Assembly: GCF_006345805.1 (NCBI RefSeq)
Contig: NC_043003.1
Coordinates: 36,890,001-36,954,000, forward strand
From: Octopus sinensis
Lineage: Eukaryota
Reading direction: 5' to 3'
Length of the DNA: 64,000 nt
The first letter of the stretch is position 1. Every line of letters begins with the position of its first letter. The translations under genes and the position numbers were made by a program. Under the pieces are notes generated by a model. The model did no database searches and was not told the origin of the DNA. It saw only the letters and a program-made list of their open reading frames with translations. Shown piece by piece: positions 25,085-38,813 of this stretch.

Positions 25085-25230
25085 GCTCACACCGAGCCAA
25101 ATGCTTAACGGCATTTCGTCCGTCTTCTAGGTTCAGATTTCAAATCCTGCTGAGGTCTACATTCTCACTTATCTCTCGGATATCGAAAACATAAAATACC
25201 CGTCTAGTATTTAAGTCGATTTAATCGACG
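25085..25230 (+). mobile_element. SINE family A fragment
   Basis: AAATGCTTAACGGCATTTCGTC...TTCAAATCC...AGTCGATTTAATCGAC. Confidence 0.55.
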
Positions 25231-25589
25231 AACATGACTCATCTCAGATTTCAGATTTCTTGTCTATATTACTAAAGTAGAGCAGTAGATAAGGAGCCTT
25301 CACTGGCAGATCATTAAACCGCTAGAAATTTTTTAAAAAACGCATTGCTAAGTTTAGCCATAATTTTCTACATTCCAGGTTCAATTATCACCGAAATGGA
25401 CAAAGTATTTCACTCTTTTGACGTCAACAAAATAAGTGCGAATCACTTACGATCATGATATAGTAGATTGTTCCCTCCTACAATTTATCTGATTTTGTAC
25501 TTATATCATCGTCCTCTTGATCAGAGGTTACCTGTACATGGGATGCTAGGTCTTTACAAACATACTCCCATTATCTTGATTTCCACCAT

Positions 25590-25960
25590 TGAACTCTCTT
25601 TTATCACATCCTCCTCTTAGTTCTCCTCTTAGTTTCACCAACAAAAATTTTTCGCTACTCTCTAGCTCATCAAAATCATGCAGATATTGCAGTCTTCTCG
25701 AGAAACTACTCTTTATTTCTTCAATTTCTACCCCCAGAAAACCAGTTCTTTGCCATATAATACAACCTTGTCACATTCGTTGAATCGCACTGATGTGAAA
25801 TATTTATTTTCCATTTCAAACTTGATGCGGTGTTTTTTTTTTCTTCCTTACGATGTAACATTGACAAAGCGCTTCACAGTCATAGAAGCACTCAAGAGCA
25901 ATCTTCTACATTGCTTTTGATCAAAGATTTTTATTTTCAACTTTCTTTTTCCTATCTTCA
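25590..25960 (-). mobile_element. Possible highly degenerate N-terminal fragment of a Dong-like LINE
   Basis: Frameshifted remnants KIALECFY, QRM(C)DKV and AKNWFSG-VEIEEIK resemble the N-terminal domain of R4/Dong proteins. Confidence 0.3.
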
Positions 25961-26405
25961 GGTATTTTGCCTTGATATTTGGATGACGGCAGGGGGAATG
26001 CGTAGTTACTCAAGTTGCCCTCTCGTGTTCCCTTTGATACTCTCATAACCTTGGCAGATTCTTGTTTGATTGTTTCTTTCCATCATTAAGAGAATGCGTC
26101 GGTTGATATACAAGTATTTCCTCTGTAGTTTGTTTATCGTGATTTGCACCTGTTCATTGAGTTAGGACATCAGCACTAGTTGGATTGCTAACTAAGGTTC
26201 ACATAGCTATATTTACCCTGGGTGGTTTTGCCGAGCGACTATACACAGTCATTTCTGTATCTCCGCGTACATTTGTATCCATCTTCCGGCTTGTGCCAAA
26301 ATTTGAAAACGTTATTATTTACTATTATCTGCTAGTCTTGTGCCATTTCAAAAATATCATCATCATCATCATCATCATCACCATCACCATCATCATCATC
26401 ATCAA

Positions 26406-26459
<54 letters not shown>

Positions 26460-26504
26460 TATCATCACCATCATCGTTGTTAATACTATTATTATTATTA
26501 TTAT

Positions 26505-26670
26505 CGTAGGACGCCAGGTAAAACGCTTAGCAGCATTTCGTACGTCTCCACCTTCTGAGTTCAAATTCCGCTAAGTTCCACTTTTCGTTTCATCTTTCTG
26601 GAGTCGGTAAAATAAGTCAAGTGCTGGAGTTGATATAATCGACTTGCACCCTCTCCAAAATTAGAACCGA
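26505..26670 (+). mobile_element. SINE family A (A2 tail)
   Basis: CGCTTAGCAGCATTTCG...GAGTTCAAATTCCGC...AATCGACTT...CCAAAATT then (ATT)n. Confidence 0.65.
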
Positions 26671-26703
26671 TTATTATTATTATTATTAGTAGTAGTAGTA
26701 GTA

Positions 26704-26738
<35 letters not shown>

Positions 26739-26756
26739 TCATTTTTATTATTATTA

Positions 26757-28332
26757 TTGCCTTCGCACAGCTTCTAACGTTGGAGATGTACTACAGTGTC
26801 AGCTGTTCACTACCAGTGTATTACGGTAACACCTCTTATTTTTCGAGCACCTTCCGGAGTATTCGAGCGGCTCCAAGCAGTGCTGTTTTCTGCAAGCGCT
26901 CCACTCTTATTGCAGCCTCTGTTTGTTCCACGTACTTCTCGAGATTTTTGCTCACTGTTCCCAGGCCTCCGACAATTATTGGTACTACTGCTACCTTTTT
27001 GATTGACCACAACTGCTTAACTTCCCAAGCTAACTTATCATATTTCTCGACTTTTCTTTCTTCCTTATCGCATACCTTGTTGCCCGTTGAGCATGCTATG
27101 TCTATGATCCAGCATAGTTTGTTTTCTTATCTCAATCCGTCTTCCTATCTCAATCTTATGGTCGCACTGAATCAGAAAATCCCATAGGATCTTTGCATTT
27201 CTATTTTCGAGAAAGCCTTCGGGTTTGTGCTCGTACCAATTATTTTCTCCATACTCGTTGCAGAGTGTCCAATGGACAAGCCTGGTTATATTGTCGTGGC
27301 ATCTCTTCTATTCCTTCTGGGTTAGAGACGTACATCGGCTTGTAATATGCCATGAGGTTTCACTGTTTTGTCCACAATTTCTTCTGCTCTAATGCTGTCT
27401 TCGCATCCAATAAGTCCCCTTCCCCCTCGTTGTTTTGGTACATACAGTCTGTCTGTGTCACGTTTTGGCTGGAGTGACCCATATCTAGTTAGCAACTTCT
27501 TTGTCTTTCTGTCTAAGCTGTTTAGTTCGTCTACTGTCCATGCGATTACCCCTGCTCCATATCTATGGAGTGAAACTGCCCAGGTGTTGATAGCTTCGTT
27601 CTTATTCCGTCCGTTTAATTTCGACTTAAGGAACAGTCTCAGTCTGTGCAAGTTCTCCACCTTAAATTTTTCTGTCATTTCTTTCTCCATCAATTTATCC
27701 ATTTCCCAAATCCCCAAGTATGTATAGTCCATCTCTTCTACCTGCTTCATAACCTCCCCCGACGGTATCGTTAATCCGTCCATACACTTGATTGTGCCTC
27801 TCTTCAATACTAACACACCACACTTTCTCAGTCCGAACTACATTCTGATATCAGCAATAAAGGTATACACCATATCAACGAAGGAACTCACTTGGGCTCC
27901 ATCTTTACCATAAAGTTTGAGGCCATCCATGAATAACAAATGGTTGACTTTTTGTTGGCAGCTTTTGAATACATACCCAGCTTTTGCTTTCTTCAGAATC
28001 AGTGTCAGTGGTGTCAAGCACAGTACAAAGATCAATGGGTACAGGCATTCCCTTGGAGATGCCTCCTAATTTCTACTATCCCTAAACGTCTTCCGTGCGC
28101 TGTCAGGTCCGTCTTCCAATTCGCTGTGCTTTTTCCAAGCAGTCGCTCAACATTCGATGCAATCCCAAGCAGGTTCATTCACTCCATAATCCAAGAATGT
28201 GGGATCATATCGTATGCTTTACGATAGTCGATCCATGATATGGCTAAAGTACTTTTCCACTCTTGCAGTCTCTGAGTATAGCCTTATCTATCAGGAGTTG
28301 GTCCTTGCTACCTCTGCACTTACGCTGGCACT
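26757..28332 (-). mobile_element. Dong-like RLE LINE subfamily d, internally deleted
   Basis: WIDYRKAYDMIPHSW, LTPL, HLLFMDG, YLG, RGGRGLIG; deletion joins to CHDN...ILWDF...IDIAC...KYDKL...PIIVGGLG; 3' end followed by (AAT)n on the minus strand. Confidence 0.85.
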
Positions 28333-28377
28333 TATTATTATTATTATTATTATCATTATTATTATTATTATTATTAC

Positions 28378-28440
<63 letters not shown>

Positions 28441-28441
<1 letters not shown>

Positions 28442-28847
28442 TCAGTTGTTTCCATCTTTTGCCGAGAGTATTCGCAACACCTAGAGCAAAGAAACTCATT
28501 GTATACATTGGTTAGCTATTAACATAAATACACTAAATTATTCATTTACAATGTCAACTTATGTGACAGAAAAAAATTAGGAAAAGAATGATAAAAATAG
28601 AAAAAGAAATCAAAAAGAAATATAGGGGGATAAAAGGAAATAGAATTAGAAATATAGGGAGATAAAAGGAAATAGAATTCATAGCGACGTGTGACGTATC
28701 AGTTAGAACGATCTTTAACGGTAGGTCAGGAATCATTTTCAAATAAGTTTCAGTTCCTTTTTTGATCGGTTCCAAGTGCTCCTACAATCATTGATATTGC
28801 AACCGTTTAGAATTGCCACATTTTTCGATTTCAATCAACAAATCTTT
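28441..28847 (-). mobile_element. Old Dong subfamily-b-like 3' end, copy 1
   Basis: Encodes (K)DLLIEIEKMWQF...IVGALG...KIVLTDTSHV; tail similar to 9460-9520. Confidence 0.75.
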
Positions 28848-28899
28848 ATTATTATTATTATTATTATTATATTATTATTATTATTATATTATTATTATA

Positions 28900-28932
<33 letters not shown>

Positions 28933-28933
<1 letters not shown>

Positions 28934-29339
28934 TCAGTTGTTTCCATCTTTTGCCGAGAGTATTCGCAACACCTAGAGCAAAGAAACTCATTGTATACAT
29001 TGGTTAGCTATTAACATAAATACACTAAATTATTCATTTACAATGTCAAGTTATGTGACAGAAAAAAATTAGGAAAAGAATGATAAAAATAGAAAAAGAA
29101 ATCAAAAAGAAATATAGGGGGATAAAAGGAAATAGAATTAGAAATATAGGGGGATAAAAGGAAATAGAATTCATAGCGACGTGTGACGTATCAGTTAGAA
29201 CGATCTTTAACGGTAGGTCAGGAATCATTTTCAAATAAGTTTCAGTTCCTTTTTTGATCGGTTCCAAGTGCTCCTACAATCATTGATATTGCAACCGTTT
29301 AGAATTGCCACATTTTTCGATTTCAATCAACAAATCTTT
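28933..29339 (-). mobile_element. Old Dong subfamily-b-like 3' end, copy 2 (492-bp period)
   Basis: Nearly identical to 28441-28847. Confidence 0.75.
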
Positions 29340-29403
29340 ATTATTATTATTATTATTATATTATTATTATTATTATTATTATTTTATTATTATTATTATT
29401 ATT

Positions 29404-29456
<53 letters not shown>

Positions 29457-29481
29457 TAATATTATTATTATTATTATTATT

Positions 29482-30072
29482 CAGTAGTTTTATTTTTATA
29501 GCGTGCTGTCACTTCACTACCGAGCGCAGCTCTGTGTGCCTTGGGTATGTGCTGTGATTTGTTGTGAGGCTCTGATGGTTATTGTATGGAAAGTGTTCTG
29601 CGTAGGATGTGTGCGGTGCCTAGTAGTGCAATTTTCTGTATGTTATATGTGTTTGTAAGTCCTGGTGTCTTTGTTATGTATTTGTCTGAATATTTTTTTA
29701 TCATGCCTAATGCACCTACTATGATAGGAATTGTTTCTGTTTTCAGATTCCACATTCTAGTTACCTCTATTTCCAGGTCTTTGTATTTTGAGAGTTTCTC
29801 CATTTCTTTTAGAGACACGTTGTCATCAGCCGGTATTGATACATCAATTAGAAAGCATTTTTTTTCTTCATGATCTCTGACAACTATATCTGGTCTGTTG
29901 GCCTTCATTTCTCTATCTGTGTGTATCGGCATGTCCCAGAGTATGGTTGCTTTCTCGTTTTCTGTGACCTTTTCTTGTGTGTGCCTATACCATCTTTTTT
30001 CTGTCGTTATTCCATAATGTTGGCATAGCTTCCAATGTATGTAAGTTCCAACTCTGTCATGTCTGTGAATAT
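29482..30072 (-). mobile_element. Dong subfamily a, 3' fragment
   Basis: ORF 29579..29932 (RPDIVV, KLSKYKDL, PIIVGALG); 3' UTR matches 8300-8405. Confidence 0.9.
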
Positions 30073-30112
30073 ATTATTATTATTACTATTATTATTATTA
30101 TTATTATTATTA

Positions 30113-30712
<600 letters not shown>

Positions 30713-30728
30713 CATTAATAATAATTTT

Positions 30729-30905
30729 AAGGCGGCAAGCTGACAGAATCGTTAGCACGCCGGTCGAAATGCCTAGCGGTATTTCGTCCGTTCTGAGTTC
30801 AAATTCCACCGAGATTGATTTTGCCTTTCATCCTTCGGAGTCGATTAAATAAGTACCAGTAACGCACTGGGTCGATGTAATCGACATAATTCCCATCCCC
30901 AATTT
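30729..30905 (+). mobile_element. SINE family A (A2 tail) within (ATT)n
   Basis: AAGGCGGCAAGCTGACAGAATCGTTAGC head through AATCGAC...CCCCAATTTT. Confidence 0.8.
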
Positions 30906-30907
30906 TA

Positions 30908-30951
<44 letters not shown>

Positions 30952-31278
30952 TATTATTATTATTATTATCATTATTATTAATATTATTATTATTGTTATC
31001 ATTATTGCTGTTGTTGTTGGCTTATTATTATTATTATTATTATCATTATTATCATCGTCGTCGTCGTCATCATTATCATCACTATTATTGTTGCTTTGCC
31101 CTATGTAAGCGTTATTCATTCCTTGCCACATATATAGCCACCATCATGGCGCGTCACTTCTCTCTAATCATTCATATACCAATTATTACTGTGCCCTTTA
31201 CAATGCTATATAACACTTTAATCTCATCACAAATTCTTCCAATATTCTTCCCAAAATACTGCTGTCGGTACCAGTACC

Positions 31279-31504
31279 TATTTCTTTATTACCCACAAGG
31301 GGCTAAACATAGAGGGGACAAACAAGGACAGACATAGGTATTAAGTCGATTACATCGACCCCAGTGCGTAACTGGTACTTAATTTATCGACCCCGAAAAG
31401 AAGGAAAGGCAAAGTCGACCTCGGCGAAATTTGAACTCACAACGTAGCGACAGACAAAATACGGCTAAGCATTTGCCCGGCGTGCTAACGTTTCTGCCAG
31501 CTCG
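31279..31504 (-). mobile_element. SINE family A1 with 9-bp TSD
   Basis: ACCAGTACC at 31270-31278 and 31505-31513. Confidence 0.9.
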
Positions 31505-31969
31505 ACCAGTACCAACATCATCATCATAGTCATCAGCATCAACATCATTGCCATCATCAACATCAACATCATCATCATCATCATCATCATGATTACTATC
31601 ATTATTATGATCACCATCATCAACATCATCATTGTCATCGTTGTCGTCGTCATGATAATCACCTTCATCATCACCGAATTCCGATATCGTCTCGCTGTCA
31701 TCAACCCCACAACCATCATCATCATTATTATGCTTTTGTGATCTCAAATTGTTGTGTCGTCGCCATTATCATCATACCTCTATTAAACATCTTTGCATCA
31801 TAGCCAGTCACCAATATCATCGTCATCGATGCAATGGTCACCTTTCATTTTACTATATATGTGTCTATTTATATATATGTATGTACACACACATACACAT
31901 ACATATATTTTACATATATATACATATATATACATATATATTTATATAGACATACATACATATATATAT

Positions 31970-32004
<35 letters not shown>

Positions 32005-32032
32005 ATATATATATATATATACTCTTTTTACT

Positions 32033-32418
32033 CTTTTACTTGTTTCAGTCATTTAATTGTGGCATGCTGGAGCACCGCCTTTAGTCGAGCAAATCGACCC
32101 CAGAACTTATACTTTATAAGCCCAGTACTTATTCTATCGGTTCTTTCCTGAACTGCTAAGTTACGGGGACATAAACACACCAGCATCGGTTGTCAAGCAA
32201 TGTTGTGGGTGGGGGGATAAACACAGACACACAACCACACACACACCTATATATACATATACATATATAGACGGGCTTCTTTCAGATTCCGTCTACCAAA
32301 TCCACTCACAAGGCTTCGGTCGGCCCGAGGCTATAGCAGAAGACATTTACCCAAGGTGCCACGCAGTGTGACTGAACCCGGAACCATGTGGTCGGTAAGC
32401 AAGCTACTTACCACACTG

Positions 32419-32420
<2 letters not shown>
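32033..32420 (-). mobile_element. SINE family B, full length
   Basis: Aligns with 3083-3485. Confidence 0.85.
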
Positions 32421-32450
<30 letters not shown>

Positions 32451-32455
<5 letters not shown>

Positions 32456-32697
32456 TCTTTACTACGCACAAGGGGCTAAACACAGAGGGGACAAACAAGG
32501 ACAGACAAACGGATTAAGTCGATTACATCGACCCCAGTGGGTAACTGGTACTTATTTAATCGACCCCGAAAGGATGAAAGGCAAAGTCAACCTCGGCGAA
32601 ATTTGAACTCAGGACGTAACGGCAGACGAAATACGGCTACGCATTTCGCCCGGTGTGCTAACGTTTCTGCCAGCTCATACACATATATATAGAGATA
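32451..32697 (-). mobile_element. SINE family A1 between (TA)n tracts
   Basis: Complete body plus A1 tail. Confidence 0.85.
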
Positions 32698-32701
32698 GAC
32701 A

Positions 32702-32743
<42 letters not shown>

Positions 32744-33269
32744 ATATATAATATATATATATATATATTTATATATATACATATGTATTTATGCATATGC
32801 ATATATATATGTATGTGTGTGTGTGTGTGTGTTAGGTATGTGACTTTCCAACACCAGCGTAGAAACAACTGCAGCAAAAAACAAACAACAGATGCAGCTT
32901 TCACGTGATAAAACAAACACTAGTACAACCAAGTCTATCGTAACTAACATTCTAACTCCACCACTTCGACGCGTAAATATTACATAGCATCACATCTGCC
33001 ACCCAGGCTAGCAATAAAATTCCCTTATATCATCATCAACGCCATCCGTGGCAGAAAAAAGGAGAAGAAGAAAAAAGACAGATAAACGAATTACCAGACA
33101 AACAAATTAACAAACAAAGAAACAAAGAAAAAAACAAAAAAGTCAGCAATGGACAACAATAATGATAATAAAAAAAAAAACAACAAAAAGGGCAGGGTGT
33201 AAACATTAGCTACCGCAGTAGAAACTGCGATAAAACATCAGTACTGCCAATTAATTATCCTAAAGCATT

Positions 33270-33377
33270 ATACAATAGTCGTCATCATCGTAGTCATCAT
33301 CATCATCATCATCATCATCGTCATCGTCATCATCATCATCGTCATCATCATCATCATCATCGTCATCATCATCATCG

Positions 33378-33409
<32 letters not shown>

Positions 33410-34183
33410 GTCATCATCATCATCGTCATCATCATCATCATCATCGTCATCATCATCATCATCATCGTCATCATCATCATCATCATCATCGTCATCATCA
33501 CCATCATCACCGTTGTTGTCATCGTCATAATCAACATTGTCATCCTCATCATTGTGATTGTCATCATCGTCGATATTATCATCATCATCGTCATCATCAT
33601 CGTCGTCGTCGTCGTTGTCTTAATCATCACCATTGTCATCATCACCATCGTCATCATCACCATCATTGTCATCATCGCCGTCGTTGTCGTCGTCGCCATC
33701 CTCATCAGCATCAACATCAACATCAGCAGCATCAGCAGCAGCAGCAGCAGCATGACGTTGTCATCGTCGTTGTCGACGTCGTCGTTACCACCAACCAACT
33801 TTGCCACTAATTTAACCATCAACAAATCATCGTAGCTATCAGTGGCAGCAGCAGCAGTGTCAGCATCATAACCGTCATCAACATTATCAGTTCATCACCA
33901 TTCTCATTACTGTCACCATTCGTATAACCATACTCGTCAGCATCATCATCATTATCATTATCATCATCATCCTCATCATCATCATCCTCATCCTCATCAT
34001 CATCATCATCCTCATCCTCATCATCATCATCATCATCTCATCATCATCATCATCATCATCATCCTCATCATCATCATCATCCTCATCATCATCATCATCC
34101 TCATCCTCATCATCATCATCATCCTCATCCTCATCTCATCATCATCCTCATCCTCATCATCATCATCATCATCATCCTCATCC

Positions 34184-34220
<37 letters not shown>

Positions 34221-34339
34221 CATCCTCATCATCATCATCATCCTCATCATCATCATCATCCTCATCCTCATCATCATCATCATCCTCATCCTCATCATCA
34301 TCATCATCCTCATCATCATCATCATCATCATCCTCATCC

Positions 34340-34380
<41 letters not shown>

Positions 34381-34719
34381 TCTCTCACAGTCGTCATTGT
34401 CATCATTATCCGTATTATCAGCAGCAGCAGCAGCCGCAGCAGCAGCAGCAGCAACAGCTGCAGTGTCACCATCATCACCGCGCTCATTACTGTTGCCATC
34501 CCTATAACCAAAGTCATCCTTACCACCATTCCCCTCACAACCCCTCTCACAACTCCCTTCACCACTCCGTTCCCTATAACCATAGTCGACGTTGTCATCA
34601 TCATCATCATCATCATTATCATCGACATGATGACACCGTAGTCGTCATCATCTACATCATCATCATTATCATCATCAACTTCATCATCATCAACACTACC
34701 ATCACACATGTAGTCGTCG

Positions 34720-34750
<31 letters not shown>

Positions 34751-34990
34751 AATCATCATCAATGTCATCATCATCTTCATCAACGCTACCATTACATTGT
34801 AGTCGTCGTCATCATCGTCATCATCGATATGATGATACCGTAGGCGTCATCACCTTCATCATCATCATCTTCATCATTATCATCATTACCATCACCGTCA
34901 TCATCATCATCATCATCATCATCATCAACGCTACCATCACACCGTAGTCGTCGTCATCATCATCATCATCGCCATCATCATCGCCACCAC
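33270..34990. repeat. ~1.7-kb compound (CAT/CGT/CCT/CAG)n trinucleotide array with higher-order units
   Basis: Direct reading. Confidence 0.95.
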
Positions 34991-35482
34991 CATTACCATT
35001 GCAATTACGATCAACAGGATCAGAATCAGGACCGCCACGATAATAGTAGTATGACAAAGAATAAAACCTAGAAAGTACAAAGCCTACAACAGTTCTCAGT
35101 TCCGCAATAACAACAAAACACAATTGCGACAACGACGCCGAACTCCAGTGATTCTGACAACAACTACAATAGCAGAAATATAACTCACGATCATCAATAA
35201 TCATGGATTATCCCCTAACAGGTTGATCTGGGGTTAAAGATCAACTTGATCACACTAGCATTTCCAATAAACCCTTCCAAATGAGAATGTACATTATGGT
35301 TCTCAACCAACCAGAAGTATGGCAGATTCGAAACTAAAGATATATGGGCTACATCTAAATTTTCGGCCCGTTCTATATGTTATATGTACTGGAAGTCTGT
35401 TTTGTCAGAACTAACCTGAGGTTTACACAGCGACAAACCAGTTTTATTCTGCATTGCACTACATTGTGCTCAATACTAATGT

Positions 35483-36572
35483 AAAGACGTTTGGCTCAGT
35501 GGTTAAAGAGTCGGGCTCACAATCATGAAGTTATGCGTTCGATTCCCGGAACGGTCTGTGTGTGTTGTGTTGTGTTGTGTCGTGTTGTGTTCCTGATCAA
35601 GATATTTTATTTCTACTTTGCTCCAGTTTACTCAGCTGTAGAAATGACCTGCAACATCACAGGTACTAAGCTGTATCGGCGTTGTTCTCACGATGAATAC
35701 AGAATTACCGTTTGATCGTAATTAAACCATCATTTTGGCTGCTATTTCTGAAGAAAAAAAGGCGGTGAGCTGGCAGAAACGTTAGCACGCCGTGCGAAAT
35801 GCGTAGCCGTATTTCGTCTGCCGTTACGTTCTGAGTTCAAATTCCGCCGAGGTCGACTTTGCCTCTCATCCTTTCGGGGTCGATTAAATAAGTACCAGTT
35901 ATGCACTGGGGTCGATATAATCGACTTAATCCGTTTGTCTGTCCTTGTTCGTCCCCTCTGTGTTTAGCCCCTTGTGGATAGTAAAGAAATAGGTATTTCG
36001 TCTGCCGTTACATTCTGAGTTCAAATTCCGCTGAAGTCGACTTTGCCTTTCATCCTTTCGGGGTCGATAAATTAAATACCTATTTCTTTATTACCCACAA
36101 GGGCTAAACATAGAGGGGACGAACAAGGCCAGACAAATGGATTAAGTCGATTATATCGACCCCAGTGCGTAACTGGTACTTATTCAATCGAACCCGAAAG
36201 GATGAAAGGCAAAGTCGACCTCGGCGGAATTTGAACTCATAACGTAGCGGCAGACGAAATACCGCTAAGCATTTCGCTTAATTTCGATAAATTAAATACC
36301 CGTAACGCGCTGGGGTGGATGTAATCGACTTAATCCCTTTGTCTGTCCTTGTTTGTACCCTCTATGCTTAGCCCCTAGTGGGCAATAAAATATTAAGCTC
36401 TATCGGCCTTTGCCTTTCCCTTGGATAAAATCGCTGGAGAGTGTGGGGCTGATATGCATGGGTGACTGCTGATCTTCCATAAACAACCTTGCCCGGACTT
36501 GTGCCTCGCGGGGTAACTTCCTTGGTGCAATCCCATGGTCATTCTTGACAGAAGGATGGGCTTTACTTTTAC
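35483..36572 (+). mobile_element. SINE family E interrupted by a SINE A cluster (5' half 35483-35680, 3' half 36395-36572)
   Basis: The halves match the two parts of 1195-1515 and overlap at AAGCT(G/C)TATCGGC. Confidence 0.65.
35760..36392. mobile_element. SINE A1 dimer (+) containing an antisense A1 insertion (36081-36283) with 17-bp TSD
   Basis: TCGATAAATTAAATACC at 36064-36080 and 36284-36300; dimer junction at 35991/35992. Confidence 0.85.
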
Positions 36573-37160
36573 TTTACACAATAGTAATCTCCAAGAGGAA
36601 TGTCAGTGTTAAATATTTCCTTTACTTTCTATTCATATTTCTACAATATTATTTACAGCAAGAATAACAACGACAATAACGTCCTCAATAATAATCTAAT
36701 ATAACAATAACAGAAATATATATAAATTTGCAATTACAATACCACCGCAAAGAAATTAGCACAATCTAAGGAAAACAACAAATAAGAACAACAAGACGAC
36801 AACAAAAGCAACAAAAACGACAGAAATAACAAACAGAACATGAACGACAAAAACAACAACAAAAGCAACAATTCCACAGTAAGCTGACAGCAGTGAAACC
36901 GTCATTTATAAGTTACCAACTCCTAAACATAGCAACAACATCAACAACGGAAGGATCATCAACAGCAACAACGACAACGAAACTTTACAGTTGTTGCTGT
37001 TGATATAGTTAAAGCTCCAATAACGATAGTAACAACAGCGAAATCTATAAACATCAAAATCAACAATGACAATCGTTGCAGCCATTGTTGAAAAATATAA
37101 CGCCATCAACGTACGCCATCTTACTACTACAAGAACATCTACCACCACCACCAGCACTAG

Positions 37161-37204
<44 letters not shown>

Positions 37205-37804
37205 TTACTGCTGCTACTACAACTACTACTACTGCTTCTATTATAAATCTCCATGCCTTCCTTTCACTATTAACGGCAACACGTACATGAATACACACTC
37301 ACAATTACAGGCACACATACACACATACAAATACACATACACACGCACAACAATGGCTTGCATAAAATCGACAGACACATCCATCTACACTCGTAAAAAT
37401 CGACAACGCTCCCATGTCTCTCGACACACCAGGCAATTTTATCCTCTATGTAGACCATAAATTATTACTATATTTAAAAAATTTTTTTTTAATTTTCTTT
37501 CCCTCGTTTTGCCACCATATATCTTTGTTTCTGTTTTCTGTTTTTATTTATTTATACTTTTCCTTTTTTTTTTGTCATCTGTAACAAGTAATTTCGCGTT
37601 CAGTGAGAAAACAGACGTGGCACGCTAGCACACAAAGCCGCATAAATATACGAACTGACACACATGCTCAAAGAGATACCTCTACCCATCTTCCATTTTG
37701 CATTTTCGCTTCCAGAAATGACAAGAGTTTTCATGGCATCGAATTCAAATGCAAGCATCTTTACAAATACTCATACACAGTCACACAGAGTTATGCACAT
37801 GCTC

Positions 37805-37836
<32 letters not shown>

Positions 37837-37887
37837 AGGTATATGTGCTCGTAGGTAGTATATAGCAACAAAGTATGTATGTATATA

Positions 37888-37976
<89 letters not shown>

Positions 37977-37979
<3 letters not shown>

Positions 37980-38660
37980 TACATGCGTGTAGGTATGGAA
38001 AGTTTTACAGTTCCAGGGATCTGTAACTTTCGAATCAACATTTAAGAATCCTGAATTCTCAGGATTGGTATTTAGTGAGTGTATTACATATCCCAGTGTT
38101 CCAATAATTACAGGCATAAACCTAAAATTGTAATCTAGATAGAGTCCCTACAAATTTCTCAATAGTTCAGTGTAGGTATTTTCTTTTACGCTGATCTTTA
38201 TTTCTAGGTTAACGTCCACTGAACAGCTAATTTCCTCAACTGTGCACAGTTTCTCTTCTCTATCCCAAATCACTATGTCAAGTCTATTACGCTTACATTT
38301 TATTGATGTTTTCACTGGGACATTCCACCAGTACTCCTTTTTATTGTGAGTGGTTATGGCTTCTAATATACTGTGGGTTCTTATTTCTTTGGTCTCACGC
38401 TTATGCTTCCGACGGATCTCATTATACGGTGTGTCCTTGCCACATCATATTTCATCGGTAGATAATACCGTGAGAACATTTTCGGATAACTGTTTATGAT
38501 GTGGGTGATATCTCCGGTGTTATCTCCACAAAGTCTGCATCGGGTGGTGCAAACATAAAAACATAACTCAAAACACGAGTACTTATTATTTTTATTATTG
38601 ATAACCGGCAGAATGACTCGGGAGCCGGAAGTTTCTTGCATTAGCATTTATTAAAGATTG
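37977..38660 (-). mobile_element. RLE LINE 3' fragment (subfamily e) ending in (TA)n
   Basis: [50 protein letters not shown]. Confidence 0.8.
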
Positions 38661-38699
38661 ATAAGGGCCAATGCATGAAAAGCAACAATGTGCCACTTG

Positions 38700-38702
38700 A
38701 TT

Positions 38703-38797
<95 letters not shown>
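38700..38797. repeat. (GATA)n microsatellite
   Basis: Direct reading. Confidence 0.95.
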
Positions 38798-38813
38798 GTT
38801 TACACATAATATA

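Noticed and set aside
33268-34947. Long poly-Met/Ile/Asp ORFs (also 12090-12395, 26185-26574, 31379-31747, 44732-45152)
   Set aside because: These are translations of microsatellites; frame slips and lack of domain content argue against coding
36455-36545. HDV-like ribozyme in the SINE E tail (CATGGG/CCCATG pairing, GCCTCGC, GGGTAAC, GCAAT)
   Set aside because: The P1/P3 order and spacing needed for the nested double pseudoknot could not be satisfied
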